IMG/VR virus record: IMGVR_UViG_2974727065_000001
Coordinates: 11,088-75,087 of that record
DNA from: a virus
Lineage: Duplodnaviria > Caudoviricetes
Length of the DNA stretch: 64,000 bases
Reading direction: 5' to 3' (one strand)
The position numbers and the translations under genes are program-made. Of this stretch, positions 29,634 through 39,411 are shown in pieces. The notes beneath the pieces were generated by a model. That model had not been told where the DNA came from, did no database searches, and was given only the letters and a program-made list of their open reading frames with translations. The first letter of the stretch is position 1. Each line of letters begins with the position of its first letter.

Positions 29634-29879
29634 TTGATGAGTAACTTTCTTGTGAAAGCTCTCTCGGAAGCTGATGCAGAAGGCTTCCAAACCTTTGAGG
29701 TTCAACGCCGCTCTCCGTTCAGTGGCAAGATGAACACAATGACTCTGCGTTTCGACGCGGGGTCTCTTGAAGCTTGGCTTCGTGGAGAAATGCTGATTCA
29801 AGATGCCTTCCCTCACCTGAATGCTGATGAACGCGAATTCATCAAGACAGGTATCACCGCCGAAGAGTGGCCTTCATAG
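29634..29879 (+). CDS. Conserved hypothetical phage protein
   Basis: W..G..IQDAFP.L.ADEREFI.TG pattern. Confidence 0.6.
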   Translation: MMSNFLVKALSEADAEGFQTFEVQRRSPFSGKMNTMTLRFDAGSLEAWLRGEMLIQDAFPHLNADEREFIKTGITAEEWPS

Positions 29880-29888
29880 GAGACTACA

Positions 29889-30417
29889 ATGAAAGACGTT
29901 CGTATTGACGTTTTCAAAGCTGAGTTCAATGAAGAGATTCGTGGAGTGAAAGCTTTCGTGGAGGGAGGGATTGAGGTCTCTCTCAACACCTACGAGAACT
30001 CTATCGCTATTTTCGACGATAGCGACGATATCGGCTCAGTGATTGATGTGATCAATGGAGCATCCTACGATGACTTCATCAACAAAGTCGAAGAATACAG
30101 AAACCAGTAGCCAAGGAGCTAACATGACTGACCTCGTAACCCACGCAGTAACCTTTGACAACGGTTCCGATATGTATCTGACGGAGAAACAACTCAAGAA
30201 GATGAAAGAAACGATCGGTACCAAAGGGTACTTTGTAGAGGGGATTGAACCCCGTGAACCCTCGAAAGAGCTCAAACGGCACAACCTTGCGTTCTCCTCT
30301 CTGGTGGGGGCGATGAATGCCAAACAAATGGGTGAAGACGCGATCTCTGTTTCGTCTTCTCTTGAAGAAAGCATCATGGAAGATCTTTACGAAGGTCTCA
30401 TGGAAATCCTCGACTAA
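29889..30417 (+). CDS. Two small hypothetical proteins (29889-30110; about 30124-30417)
   Basis: Both have AGGAG RBS sites. Confidence 0.5.
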
Positions 30418-30446
30418 ACAACTCTCTGATAGAAGGAAAAGAGAAC

Positions 30447-31256
30447 ATGGAAAATAACTTCAAAGCTGGTGATCTGGTTCGTCTCGTTTGGAATGGTATT
30501 CTGGACAAGAAGTCTGATGAGATTTTGGTGGTCGCTGAAGGTGATACCTTCGTAGTGAACCTGAATGGTCGCGGTGGTCGTATACTCTATGGTATGGATC
30601 ACAAGTTTGAACTCATTACCAAAGCTGGTGAGTGGGGAGTCCTGAAAGACCTCAACCTGAAAGAAGGTGATGAGGTTGCGATGGTCTGCAAGCAAGGTCC
30701 GAATGTTTGGTGTTTTCTCCAAGACAAGGTCTCTGTGGTTGGTGTTGACCCTGAATACGGGCTTTCGGTAGATTGTGTTCCGATCAACGGAATTACCACA
30801 TACGAGCCACCTAACCAGATCTTCCGGGTAGTTTCCCGTAAGAAAGTTGAACAACCGAAGAAACAGAAACAGGAGAAGACAATGGACCGTTCTGACAACG
30901 GAATGCCGAACTACAATGTCACGGGATGGGGTAACACCCTGAATGCGATCCCGCTGGCTGAACAACCTGAAGTAAAGAGCCTCGCAGAACGCCGTAGCTA
31001 TGATGCTCTGGGTCGTGAATTTGGTATCGCTGCTTCGACTGCTTGGCGTATTGTCAAGCTGCACACCCAAGGTGATGATCAGATCATTGCACCGCAAGGT
31101 GACTACGACAAGAACTTCCGTATGCGGGCTTGCATCCTTGCAAATCGCCACGGTGCTCGTCAAGCTGCAGCCATGATGGGTTGTAGCGTTGGTTCAGTTT
31201 ACAACTGGATCAAAGCCTATGACATGGCAAACACCTACTTCAACCCCAAACAGTAA
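30447..31256 (+). CDS. Hypothetical protein with C-terminal double HTH
   Basis: LGREFGIAASTAWRIVK and ARQAAAMMGCSVGSVYNWIK helix-turn-helix-like segments. Confidence 0.6.
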   Translation: MENNFKAGDLVRLVWNGILDKKSDEILVVAEGDTFVVNLNGRGGRILYGMDHKFELITKAGEWGVLKDLNLKEGDEVAMVCKQGPNVWCFLQDKVSVVGVDPEYGLSVDCVPINGITTYEPPNQIFRVVSRKKVEQPKKQKQEKTMDRSDNGMPNYNVTGWGNTLNAIPLAEQPEVKSLAERRSYDALGREFGIAASTAWRIVKLHTQGDDQIIAPQGDYDKNFRMRACILANRHGARQAAAMMGCSVGSVYNWIKAYDMANTYFNPKQ

Positions 31257-31268
31257 GACCTCACCCTT

Positions 31269-31328
31269 GCCCCCTCTGGCTGTCCTTTATGGATGGTTGG
31301 AGGGGGCTTCCTAACCCTTAATTTTTTT
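31269..31328 (+). terminator. Long GU-rich hairpin (terminator or processing site) upstream of the RNAP gene
   Basis: 17-bp stem at 31269-31307 with several G-U pairs; T7 run at 31322-31328. Confidence 0.6.
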
Positions 31329-31348
31329 CGAAATGATGAGGAGAAAGA

Positions 31349-33547
31349 ATGGACGCTGAGAAAGTCCTAAGTGAATTGACAGTAGACCTGACTTACCGAA
31401 TGGATAAGTTGGATGCACGAGGGGGTGCCTACTGGATCAAACAAGCGGAACTCGATCCGAGATTCCTTATCGAATTCTCCTACTCTCATGTTCTGAGAGC
31501 CTTGGAAAGAAGGGGTACACTTGTTGAGGTATCTTCCAGTATCGGAAGGCGTCTGAGACAAAAGCTGAAGCTCAAGCAGAACAGTGTTGAGGAAATTCAT
31601 GGTGGTTGGTTCATCCTGATTTCCTTTGTGGACATGGGCCTGATCAGTTATACCAAGGAGAAAACAAAGAAGAACGACACAAGGACTTCGAAACACCGTT
31701 CCTTTGTGTTGTTTGCTCAAGATTGGGATCGCCTAAAGATCCTGATGGACACTATCGACAACGATCACTGTGATATGTTCCCTGTGAAGGTCCGTCCAGC
31801 ACAATGGGAACCGGGATACCCTTACCACTCGACAACAGGGACACCGATCGTGAAGAAGGGGTCCAAGATGCAGTTGGATCCTTTCAAAGAACCTGTTCCA
31901 GAAATGAACATCTTGTTTGACACCCTGAACAAGTTGTCCTCAACGGGTTGGCGAATCAACCGTCCTGTATTTGAAGCCTACAAGTTCTTTCAGGATAACC
32001 TCGACAAGTTCGACAAGTCACCCTTCAAACTGAAGAAGGAACAGGACCAGAAGAAGAAGAAGTCAATGGTGGTTGAAATGGAGGCCATCCGGAGACTTGC
32101 TGATAAGAATCTGGACCATGCTTTCTATCACCTGTACAACTTCGATTTCCGGGGTCGTATCTACCCTAACACAGCCTTCCTCCATGAACAGTCTTCTGAT
32201 AACGCTAAGGGTATCCTGACGTTGGATGAGAAGGTTCCTTTGGGAAAGGATGGAATGAAGTGGCTGTACTTCCATGCCACAAACTCTTGGGGTGAAGATA
32301 AACTTGAGCTTCCTGACCGTGTTCAGTGGGCGAAGGATCACCTCTCTATGATCTGGGCTTGCGCTGAAGACCCTTACAGCAATCAGGAATGGCTCGAAGC
32401 AGAAAAAGCCTTCAGCTTCCTTGCTTGTTGTATCGAGATCAAGGCTGCCCTTGAGTTCGCTCAAGACCATCCTGTATCAGAGTTTGAGTCAGGGCTTCCA
32501 ATCTACATCGACGGGACAAACAACGGGGTCCAACACCTTGCTGCTATGTCTCAGGATGAGGAAGTTGCCCCTCTCGTAAACCTTGTACCTCAGAAGAAGC
32601 CCGGTGATGTTTATATGTTCATCGCTGACAAGGCTTGGGGTCGTATCGAAGGTATGTGCTCGGAGCTTCCTCAGAAGATCTTGAAGAAGTTCGAAGAGAC
32701 CTTTGAAGAGGGGAAACGGCTACAGCAAATCTACGCTGATGCCCCACCAAAGAGTGAACGGAAGGCTCTTGCTTATGCTGACCTGAAACACTGGAAACAC
32801 ACCAAGAGGAAACTCCGGGAACAACTCTTTCCTGTCTATTGGGCAGGAGTGACAGACCCGAAGATCCGAAGAAAGACCGTTAAAAGGAACACTATGACTC
32901 TGGGTTATGGTGGGACAGAATACGGTATGGGCCAACAGGTGATCGAAGATACTCGCCAGCTTTCTGATTACCTCCGGGATAAAGACTATCTTTGGGGGAT
33001 CATGATGGGAGAACTGGTCTACAACACCTGTTATGCAGAACTTAAAGGTCCAGCGGCTATGTTGCGTATGTTTGAGGCTCTTGCTGACCGTTCCAATGGG
33101 AAGAGTGAACCTCTCGCTTGGCGTTCCCCTTTGACCCGCTTCCCTGTGGTTCAGGACTACCGGAAAGCTAAGAGTGTTCGTCTCAAGCTCAAGCACAATG
33201 ATCGTACTCTCTGGACCCAGATTCAGGTCTGGGAAGAGGCAACTCTGAATGAGAGTAAACAAAGAACGGGTGCAGCGCCTAATATCGTGCATAGTCTCGA
33301 TGCGGTTCACCTCACTATCACTGTCTACTATGCTGACTACCCTATGGTAGTTGTTCACGACTCCTTTGGTTGCCATGCAGGTAACATGGAGAAACTGTTC
33401 CGCCATGTAAGACAAACCTTCGTGGATCTCTATGCAGCGAACCCGCTCGAAGATATCCTCGGACAACTCGACTCTGAAGATCTAATGCCAGAAAAAGGAA
33501 ACCTTGATGTCTCTGAAATCCTCTCCTCAGACTTTGCATTCTCTTGA
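31349..33547 (+). CDS. T7-type single-subunit DNA-directed RNA polymerase (732 aa)
   Basis: DFRGRIY, motif A (DGTNNGVQH), motif B (RKTVKRNTMTLGYG), PNIVHSLDA, motif C (VHDSFG) and C-terminal DFAFS (T7 has DFAFA). Confidence 0.95.
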   Translation: MDAEKVLSELTVDLTYRMDKLDARGGAYWIKQAELDPRFLIEFSYSHVLRALERRGTLVEVSSSIGRRLRQKLKLKQNSVEEIHGGWFILISFVDMGLISYTKEKTKKNDTRTSKHRSFVLFAQDWDRLKILMDTIDNDHCDMFPVKVRPAQWEPGYPYHSTTGTPIVKKGSKMQLDPFKEPVPEMNILFDTLNKLSSTGWRINRPVFEAYKFFQDNLDKFDKSPFKLKKEQDQKKKKSMVVEMEAIRRLADKNLDHAFYHLYNFDFRGRIYPNTAFLHEQSSDNAKGILTLDEKVPLGKDGMKWLYFHATNSWGEDKLELPDRVQWAKDHLSMIWACAEDPYSNQEWLEAEKAFSFLACCIEIKAALEFAQDHPVSEFESGLPIYIDGTNNGVQHLAAMSQDEEVAPLVNLVPQKKPGDVYMFIADKAWGRIEGMCSELPQKILKKFEETFEEGKRLQQIYADAPPKSERKALAYADLKHWKHTKRKLREQLFPVYWAGVTDPKIRRKTVKRNTMTLGYGGTEYGMGQQVIEDTRQLSDYLRDKDYLWGIMMGELVYNTCYAELKGPAAMLRMFEALADRSNGKSEPLAWRSPLTRFPVVQDYRKAKSVRLKLKHNDRTLWTQIQVWEEATLNESKQRTGAAPNIVHSLDAVHLTITVYYADYPMVVVHDSFGCHAGNMEKLFRHVRQTFVDLYAANPLEDILGQLDSEDLMPEKGNLDVSEILSSDFAFS

Positions 33548-34830
33548 AGTAGGTGATACTGTTTTCATCTTGAACAATGTTGATGACGGTGCGTTCGTTC
33601 AATCAACTCTCGTCATTGACTCGATTTTCGATGGGGGTTGGGTAGGAGGTCAAGCCTCTTACCTTTATACCAATGAAGAGACGGGAGAAATCGAAGAGTC
33701 TGGCCCTGAACATGCTGAGTGGTGTGCAACGGACAACGACTACGACTACTTCCGTGTTTACATGGTTGTGACCAAAGACCAACAAGTGCTTTGCGTTGAA
33801 CCGGGAAAATCAATCTACTGTGGAGTGAAGGAAGAAAATGCAACAGAATAAGATGACCTTCGAAGAGATCATGCCTCAGATCGAAGTTGGGAAGCGTTAT
33901 AAGATCCTGACCGAAGATTGGGAGACAGATCCTCATACCACTCTCATTGCAGAATGTGTTGAGAAGTGGGAAGATGCAGTCGGCTTCATGATCATTGATC
34001 GTGAGGACATGCCAAACTACTACGCTGAGATTTATGAGGGGGAGTTGGAGGAGGTATACCGTGGTCCAGCACCCGAATTCCTCTAAGGATGACCCCCATG
34101 ACAACTGTGAACACTGGATAATCTGGATACAAAATGAGCTACGAGAAAAAGCGCGAATCGAAAGGGATCGGGCCGGGAGGTCTTAACTGTGTGTGTTGTG
34201 GCCCAGCACCCGGTCCTGAACGTACCAAGTGGAAACGCCAACAGAAACGTGCTCGGAAGCATGAAGAGAAAATGAAACTCCGGGAACAACTCGCCAACAT
34301 GGAAAGGGATGACGACTAATGCAACTTGCACATCTGAACCGTATCGAATCTGAAGCTGAACGTTTCCTTGAGAGGATCCAACGTTACAAGGATCGTTTGG
34401 CAAGGGATCAGTACTTCGCTCGTTATCATGACATCAACGGCAGTCCCGAATCTGGGGCTGTCCGAAGGTCCAGTTTGGATCTTTCCCGTGAACTGACTCA
34501 ATTCCGTAATGGTTACAGGAGCTACTAAGCATGAAACTTGAACGAATCCCTGAGAGCCACCTCGAACTCCCTCACCTGTTTGCTTACTACGATCGTGAGA
34601 AAGAAGAGGTGAATTGGGTTCTCGACTCTGCCCAGATCTGGGACATGCCCTGTATGGGTGATGGAACCAACATGTATCAGGTAAGCCGTAACGGAAATGC
34701 CTTGATCGTCAGTGCCACTTGCTGGTATCACTGCAAAGGTGAGTTCTCTGTCAAGGTTACTGATCTGGAACCTGATGAGGCAGTGAAGAAGGTGGATGAA
34801 GCGGCCGAACTCTTTGCCCTTGAATTCTAA
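33504..34830 (+). CDS. Run of small hypothetical proteins (33504-33851, 33838-34086, 34134-34319, 34319-34528, 34531-34830)
   Basis: Tightly packed or overlapping + strand ORFs. Confidence 0.5.
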
Positions 34831-35144
34831 TGGGAAAAATAGGGTGCGTTAAAGAGGGGGACCCTATCTGGGGTTCTCCTGTGGAGATAGAAAGAAGGAA
34901 CCGTATCCGTCTCTCTGTTGCTGCTTATGCTTATGAATACAAAGATGACTCGATCATGTCTGATGCTGAGTTTGATGCTCTCTCCTACAAGATTGATGTT
35001 TCTGTAAGTACAAAGAACAGAAAGATGGACAACTTCTTCAAGAAGAATTTCGAACCCTGTACAGGTATGTGGATCAGAAAGCATCCTGACAAACGTGGTT
35101 TGGAAAACATCTATCACCGATACTTCAAGAAGGATGAAGCATGA
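34830..35144 (+). CDS. Stand-alone NAD-dependent DNA ligase domain Ia-like protein
   Basis: AYAYEYKDDSIMSDAEFDAL resembles the LigA Ia motif Y.YY..D.P.ISD.EYD.L. Confidence 0.6.
   Translation: MGKIGCVKEGDPIWGSPVEIERRNRIRLSVAAYAYEYKDDSIMSDAEFDALSYKIDVSVSTKNRKMDNFFKKNFEPCTGMWIRKHPDKRGLENIYHRYFKKDEA
34839..34860 (+). promoter_or_regulatory. Class II promoter-like motif
   Basis: ATAGGGTGCGTTAAAGAGGGGG. Confidence 0.7.
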
Positions 35145-35467
35145 GTGACTTCATAAACAAGACCAATCAAGGTCGTGTTAAAAAGATGGTTGAACTTGTT
35201 GGTTACATGGAGAAATCAGCAGCAAACAACGATGCTACTCCAGAGGACTGGCAAGAACTACTTGAACCAATCCTTGCTCTGTTGAAAACTAAGGTACCCG
35301 AAGAAATAGGGTGCGTTAAAGATGAACCACCTAAGAAACCCCGCTATGGAACAGCTTCTTGGGCAACCATCCGAGAGATTGCAGAAGATGCTCCTCTCAA
35401 AGACCTGACTGTCGCTATGGCAGTCTACCTCAATCGCATAGATGAGGAACTGCACTCTAAACGATAG
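35141..35467 (+). CDS. Hypothetical protein
   Basis: 108 aa; contains a class II motif at 35306. Confidence 0.55.
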   Translation: MSDFINKTNQGRVKKMVELVGYMEKSAANNDATPEDWQELLEPILALLKTKVPEEIGCVKDEPPKKPRYGTASWATIREIAEDAPLKDLTVAMAVYLNRIDEELHSKR

Positions 35468-35481
35468 GGTGCGTTAAAGAG
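35306..35481 (+). promoter_or_regulatory. Two class II promoter-like motifs upstream of SSB
   Basis: ATAGGGTGCGTTAAAG at 35306 and 35464. Confidence 0.7.
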
Positions 35482-35531
35482 AAAACCCTCATAACTACAC
35501 CATAACGGTATACCAAAAAGGAAAACAGCAA

Positions 35532-36161
35532 ATGGCTATCATCAAGAACGTAGAACTGCACTGGACCAAACTCGACCCGAAACGCCCGACCGTCATCAAT
35601 GAAAAAGACGATGGTGAGAAAGTTACTGGTTGGGAAGTTGAATGTCGGACCACCGAGAAAGCTCAAGCTCAGGCTTGGAAGAAACTCGTTGGAGCAAAGT
35701 CTGTTCGCGCTATTCGTGAAGACAAAGATGACGAGGAAAGCCCGATCTTGTACTGGCGTATGAAGCTTCGTAAGAAGCAATTCAATGCTGCTGGTGACGA
35801 AAAGGATGCACCTGAAGTAGTGCGCGGCGATACCCTCGAAGCAATGGATCCGAACATCATCGGGAATGAGTCTATCGCAGACCTGCGTATCTTCCAGTAT
35901 GATTACTCCTTCAAGCAAGGTGGTCAACTGGTCGAAGGCGTGGCTTCCGTCCTGATGGGCGTGAAAGTTAAGCGTCTGGTCAAGTACGTCCCGCAAGCTC
36001 GTGAAGAGTGGGATGAAGACGATAACGAATTCGAAGTTGTAGGCGGTGAAGACGCCGAGAAGGAATGGGACAACAAGGAAGACGAGCAACCGAAAGGTAA
36101 ATCGAAGTCCAAAGCAAAACGTCCGTCGAATGACATCGATGACGATGAAATCCCGTTCTAA
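35532..36161 (+). CDS. Single-stranded DNA-binding protein (T7 gp2.5-like)
   Basis: IGN.S motif and an acidic tail ending DDDEIPF. Confidence 0.75.
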   Translation: MAIIKNVELHWTKLDPKRPTVINEKDDGEKVTGWEVECRTTEKAQAQAWKKLVGAKSVRAIREDKDDEESPILYWRMKLRKKQFNAAGDEKDAPEVVRGDTLEAMDPNIIGNESIADLRIFQYDYSFKQGGQLVEGVASVLMGVKVKRLVKYVPQAREEWDEDDNEFEVVGGEDAEKEWDNKEDEQPKGKSKSKAKRPSNDIDDDEIPF

Positions 36162-36179
36162 ATCCAAGTATTGAAAATC

Positions 36180-36211
36180 TTAGGGGAGACTGTAATGGTC
36201 TCTCCTTAATT
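36180..36211 (+). terminator. Hairpin after SSB
   Basis: TTAGGGGAGAC...GTCTCTCCTTAA inverted repeat. Confidence 0.5.
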
Positions 36212-36217
36212 ACCAAT

Positions 36218-36514
36218 TTGGAGACTATCTTGTCCTGTAACCTCTTCTACATCAAAAGGAATGATGCTTTGCCTCACAACTACCAACCCGCCGCTACCCG
36301 TGAAGATCTTGAAGAAATGCAGTACTGTTACGATGAACGTGCTGGGATCATCGAATTCGATGGTGGTTCCCCTCGTGAAGAAGCTGAACAACTAGCAGCA
36401 GAGTTCATGGGCTTTCTGAACAAAGATGCTTTCGACTATTTCATCCGGGTTCGCCTCGAAGAGATCGAGTTCAAAGAAGCCACGGGTAAGGATCTTCAAG
36501 AGACCTTCCTGTGA
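36218..36514 (+). CDS. Hypothetical protein
   Basis: ERAGIIEFDGG.PR.EAE pattern seen in phage proteins. Confidence 0.5.
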   Translation: METILSCNLFYIKRNDALPHNYQPAATREDLEEMQYCYDERAGIIEFDGGSPREEAEQLAAEFMGFLNKDAFDYFIRVRLEEIEFKEATGKDLQETFL

Positions 36515-37002
36515 ACAGAGTACAGAAACGACTGATAAAGGAATTGATGATGCACTCTTGGGACAAACGCTTTATGGAAATGGCTGAGCTTGTCGCTAGC
36601 TGGTCCAAAGATCCCCGTACCAAGGTTGGCTGTGTATTGGCTGACTCAAAGCACCGCGTATTGGGTGTTGGTTATAACGGCTTCCCTCGTGGAGTCAATG
36701 ATCGGGATGATCGGTATGCGAACCGAGAAGTCAAACTGGCGATGGTAAAACACGCCGAAGAGAATGCTGTGTTCAATGCAGCGAAACATGATCTGAGTGA
36801 TGCAGTAGCTTATGTTACTCTCGCTCCCTGCTCGTCTTGTGCAGGTACACTAATCCAAGCTGGGGTTCGTCGGGTGGTATTCCCTGAACCGGACCCTGAG
36901 CACATGACCCGTCACTACGGGAACTACGAACTGATGCTTCAGATGTTGTCCGAGGCACGAGTTCTGAAATCTGTAATCACCAAAGAAGGAGTTATCAAAT
37001 GA
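36511..37002 (+). CDS. dCMP deaminase
   Basis: SKDP.TKVG, GYNGFPRG, HAEENA and PC..C motifs. Confidence 0.9.
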   Translation: MNRVQKRLIKELMMHSWDKRFMEMAELVASWSKDPRTKVGCVLADSKHRVLGVGYNGFPRGVNDRDDRYANREVKLAMVKHAEENAVFNAAKHDLSDAVAYVTLAPCSSCAGTLIQAGVRRVVFPEPDPEHMTRHYGNYELMLQMLSEARVLKSVITKEGVIK

Positions 37003-37424
37003 GCAACACTGTAGATCGCAACAAACTGAACACCGTCCAAGCAAAACATCACCAACTGGTTCCCGGTGAGGAACTGGAACGGGCGCTGGCTGAAGGTCGT
37101 GACATCGGCTTCAATGATCTGGCTGCTCACATCGGTGCAAAGTGTCACCCCTACCTCGGCCCTACTCTGTCTCATGCTCTGAAGTATCAGACACGGTTTG
37201 GACGTAAGGACGATGAACGTCAAGAAGTCGAGAAGGCTATCTGGTACCTGATGGATCTTCACAACCGAATTGCTGACCTGAATGGTGAGAAGCGTGACTT
37301 CGCTCCTTGGCGTCACATGGGTAAGCTGTCTCAACTGGATGAGATCAAACGTCAGATGTTTGAAGACTCAAAGTCAGGTGTTGACATTTTCCATGAGTTC
37401 TACAAAGACGAGAAAGGTCAATAA
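36999..37424 (+). CDS. DUF3310-like protein
   Basis: ALKY..R.G.K....EVEKA.WYL. Confidence 0.65.
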   Translation: MSNTVDRNKLNTVQAKHHQLVPGEELERALAEGRDIGFNDLAAHIGAKCHPYLGPTLSHALKYQTRFGRKDDERQEVEKAIWYLMDLHNRIADLNGEKRDFAPWRHMGKLSQLDEIKRQMFEDSKSGVDIFHEFYKDEKGQ

Positions 37425-37425
37425 C

Positions 37426-39411
37426 TTGACGAAAAAACGCTGTGTATTCGATACTGAATTCGATGGTTTTCTTCGATACCTGACTCAGTTCCACTGCGCC
37501 GGGATTATCGATGCAGACACCGAAGAGGAGTTCTGGTTCTTGCCTTGGCAGTTCCAAGAGTTCCTTGACAAGTTGGAAGAATACGATATCAGGGCCGCTC
37601 ACAACGGCTCTGGTTACGACGAGAAAGCGATCGAGATTTACGCGAAGATGCAAGGGATTGACTGGAAAGCTGATCCTGACAAATTCGTTGACACCTTGAT
37701 CATGTCTCAGGTTCTCAACTACAAACGCTTCAATAACCTTGATGCAAACTATAAGGAGTACATGCGTTACCGCGAAGGTAAGAAAAACCGTGGAGAGAAT
37801 CCCGGTAAACTGATTATGGCAGAGGGCCACTCTCTGGGTCGTTGGGGTATCTTCTTCAAAGACTTCAAAGGTGAGTTCACTGACTTCTCAGTCTTCACAC
37901 CAGAAATGTTTGACTACATGAAGCAGGACGTCCGTCTTGGACTCCGCATCTACCTTCACTTGATCGATGAACTCAAGGAGTGGATCCGTAAAGCAGGTGA
38001 CAATCAGATCATTAGAGCGATCCAGATTGAGACCGACATGAACCGGGTCACCACTGAGCAGCACATCAATGGTTGGCGTCTCGACAAAGAGAAGTTGCCA
38101 GAGGTTGTTTCGAAGATTGAAGCTCGGATGCAAGAGATTGCTGATGATATTAATCCTCGTCTTGGGAAGCTTGTCAGGAAGAAGTCTGGTGACAAGAAAG
38201 GTTACGACAAGAAAGGTGAGTACGCTAAACAGGTCAAGTTCACCAAGTCGGGACAGATGGACCACCATACCCGGAAGTGGTTTGACCTTCCTGATGATGC
38301 TACAGTGAAGAACAACTATGGTGTTGTTGGTGACTATTGTCGTGTTGAGTTCGAAGATGCTGACCTTGGTAATACCGAGGCAGTGAAATCCTACCTCTAC
38401 AAACTTGGATGGGTTCCCGATGAATACAATGGAAAATGGGATGAAGATGAAGACGGAAAGCGGTTCTGGCGGAAAACCTCCGCTAAGATTACCGAGAGTT
38501 CCCTCGAACATCTTGAAGGTGCTGGAGCTATCAACGAGTTCTACACCCTCCGCTCTCGTAAGAGTATCATTGAAGGGTGGTCAGAATATATTGACGACGA
38601 GGGACGTCTACATGGCGACGCTTTCAATATTGGAACACCCACCTTCCGACAAACACACTCTATCATCGTTAACCTTCCGTCTGGCAAGGCAACTCTTGGC
38701 CCAGAAATCCGAGGGTTGTTCGTCGCATCGGAGGGCTGGCAAATCGTTTCTGCCGATAGCGCAGCTTGTCAGCTTCGCCTACTCTCCCACTACATGAAGG
38801 ATGATGACTTTCTGAAAGAGCTTCTTGATGGTGACATGCACCAGAAGAACGCAGACATCTTGACTGCTGCTGCTCGGAAAGTCCTCAAAGATCAGGGTAT
38901 CACAATCCCACGCCCTGACGCTAAACCCTTCATCTTCGCCTTCCTGTATGGTGCAGGTGGACCTAAACTGTCTCGTATTCTGGGTCTTCCAGAGCACGTT
39001 GGTAACAAGCTGAAGGATCAATTTCAGGCTGGCTACCCTAGGCTGGACAAGTTGATCAAGCGTGTTAAGTCGATCGTAAAGAACCAAGGTTTTATCATTG
39101 GACTTGATTCTCGACCGATCTACTGTGAGTCTCAACACAAGGCACTCAACTACTTGATCCAAGGGGCTGAAGCTGTTGTGATGAAGGCGACTGTGGCGAT
39201 GCTTTGGCGTCGTCTCAAGGAAGAGAACATCCCTCACCGGATGTTGCTGTTCTATCACGATGAAATGAACTTTGAAGTACCACAGGAGTACGTTGAACGA
39301 GCAAGAGAAATCACAATGGAGTGCTTCGCCGAAGCTCCTAAAGAATTCGGTGTAGATATCATGGTCTGCGGTGACTGTATCGCAGGGAACGACTACTACG
39401 AGGTACACTAA
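37426..39411 (+). CDS. polA: Family A DNA polymerase (T7 gp5-like)
   Basis: Exonuclease motifs FDTE, HN..GYD and Y..QDV; polymerase motifs SAD...QLR, R..AK.F.FAFLYG and HDE. Probable TTG start at 37426. Confidence 0.93.
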   Translation: MTKKRCVFDTEFDGFLRYLTQFHCAGIIDADTEEEFWFLPWQFQEFLDKLEEYDIRAAHNGSGYDEKAIEIYAKMQGIDWKADPDKFVDTLIMSQVLNYKRFNNLDANYKEYMRYREGKKNRGENPGKLIMAEGHSLGRWGIFFKDFKGEFTDFSVFTPEMFDYMKQDVRLGLRIYLHLIDELKEWIRKAGDNQIIRAIQIETDMNRVTTEQHINGWRLDKEKLPEVVSKIEARMQEIADDINPRLGKLVRKKSGDKKGYDKKGEYAKQVKFTKSGQMDHHTRKWFDLPDDATVKNNYGVVGDYCRVEFEDADLGNTEAVKSYLYKLGWVPDEYNGKWDEDEDGKRFWRKTSAKITESSLEHLEGAGAINEFYTLRSRKSIIEGWSEYIDDEGRLHGDAFNIGTPTFRQTHSIIVNLPSGKATLGPEIRGLFVASEGWQIVSADSAACQLRLLSHYMKDDDFLKELLDGDMHQKNADILTAAARKVLKDQGITIPRPDAKPFIFAFLYGAGGPKLSRILGLPEHVGNKLKDQFQAGYPRLDKLIKRVKSIVKNQGFIIGLDSRPIYCESQHKALNYLIQGAEAVVMKATVAMLWRRLKEENIPHRMLLFYHDEMNFEVPQEYVERAREITMECFAEAPKEFGVDIMVCGDCIAGNDYYEVH

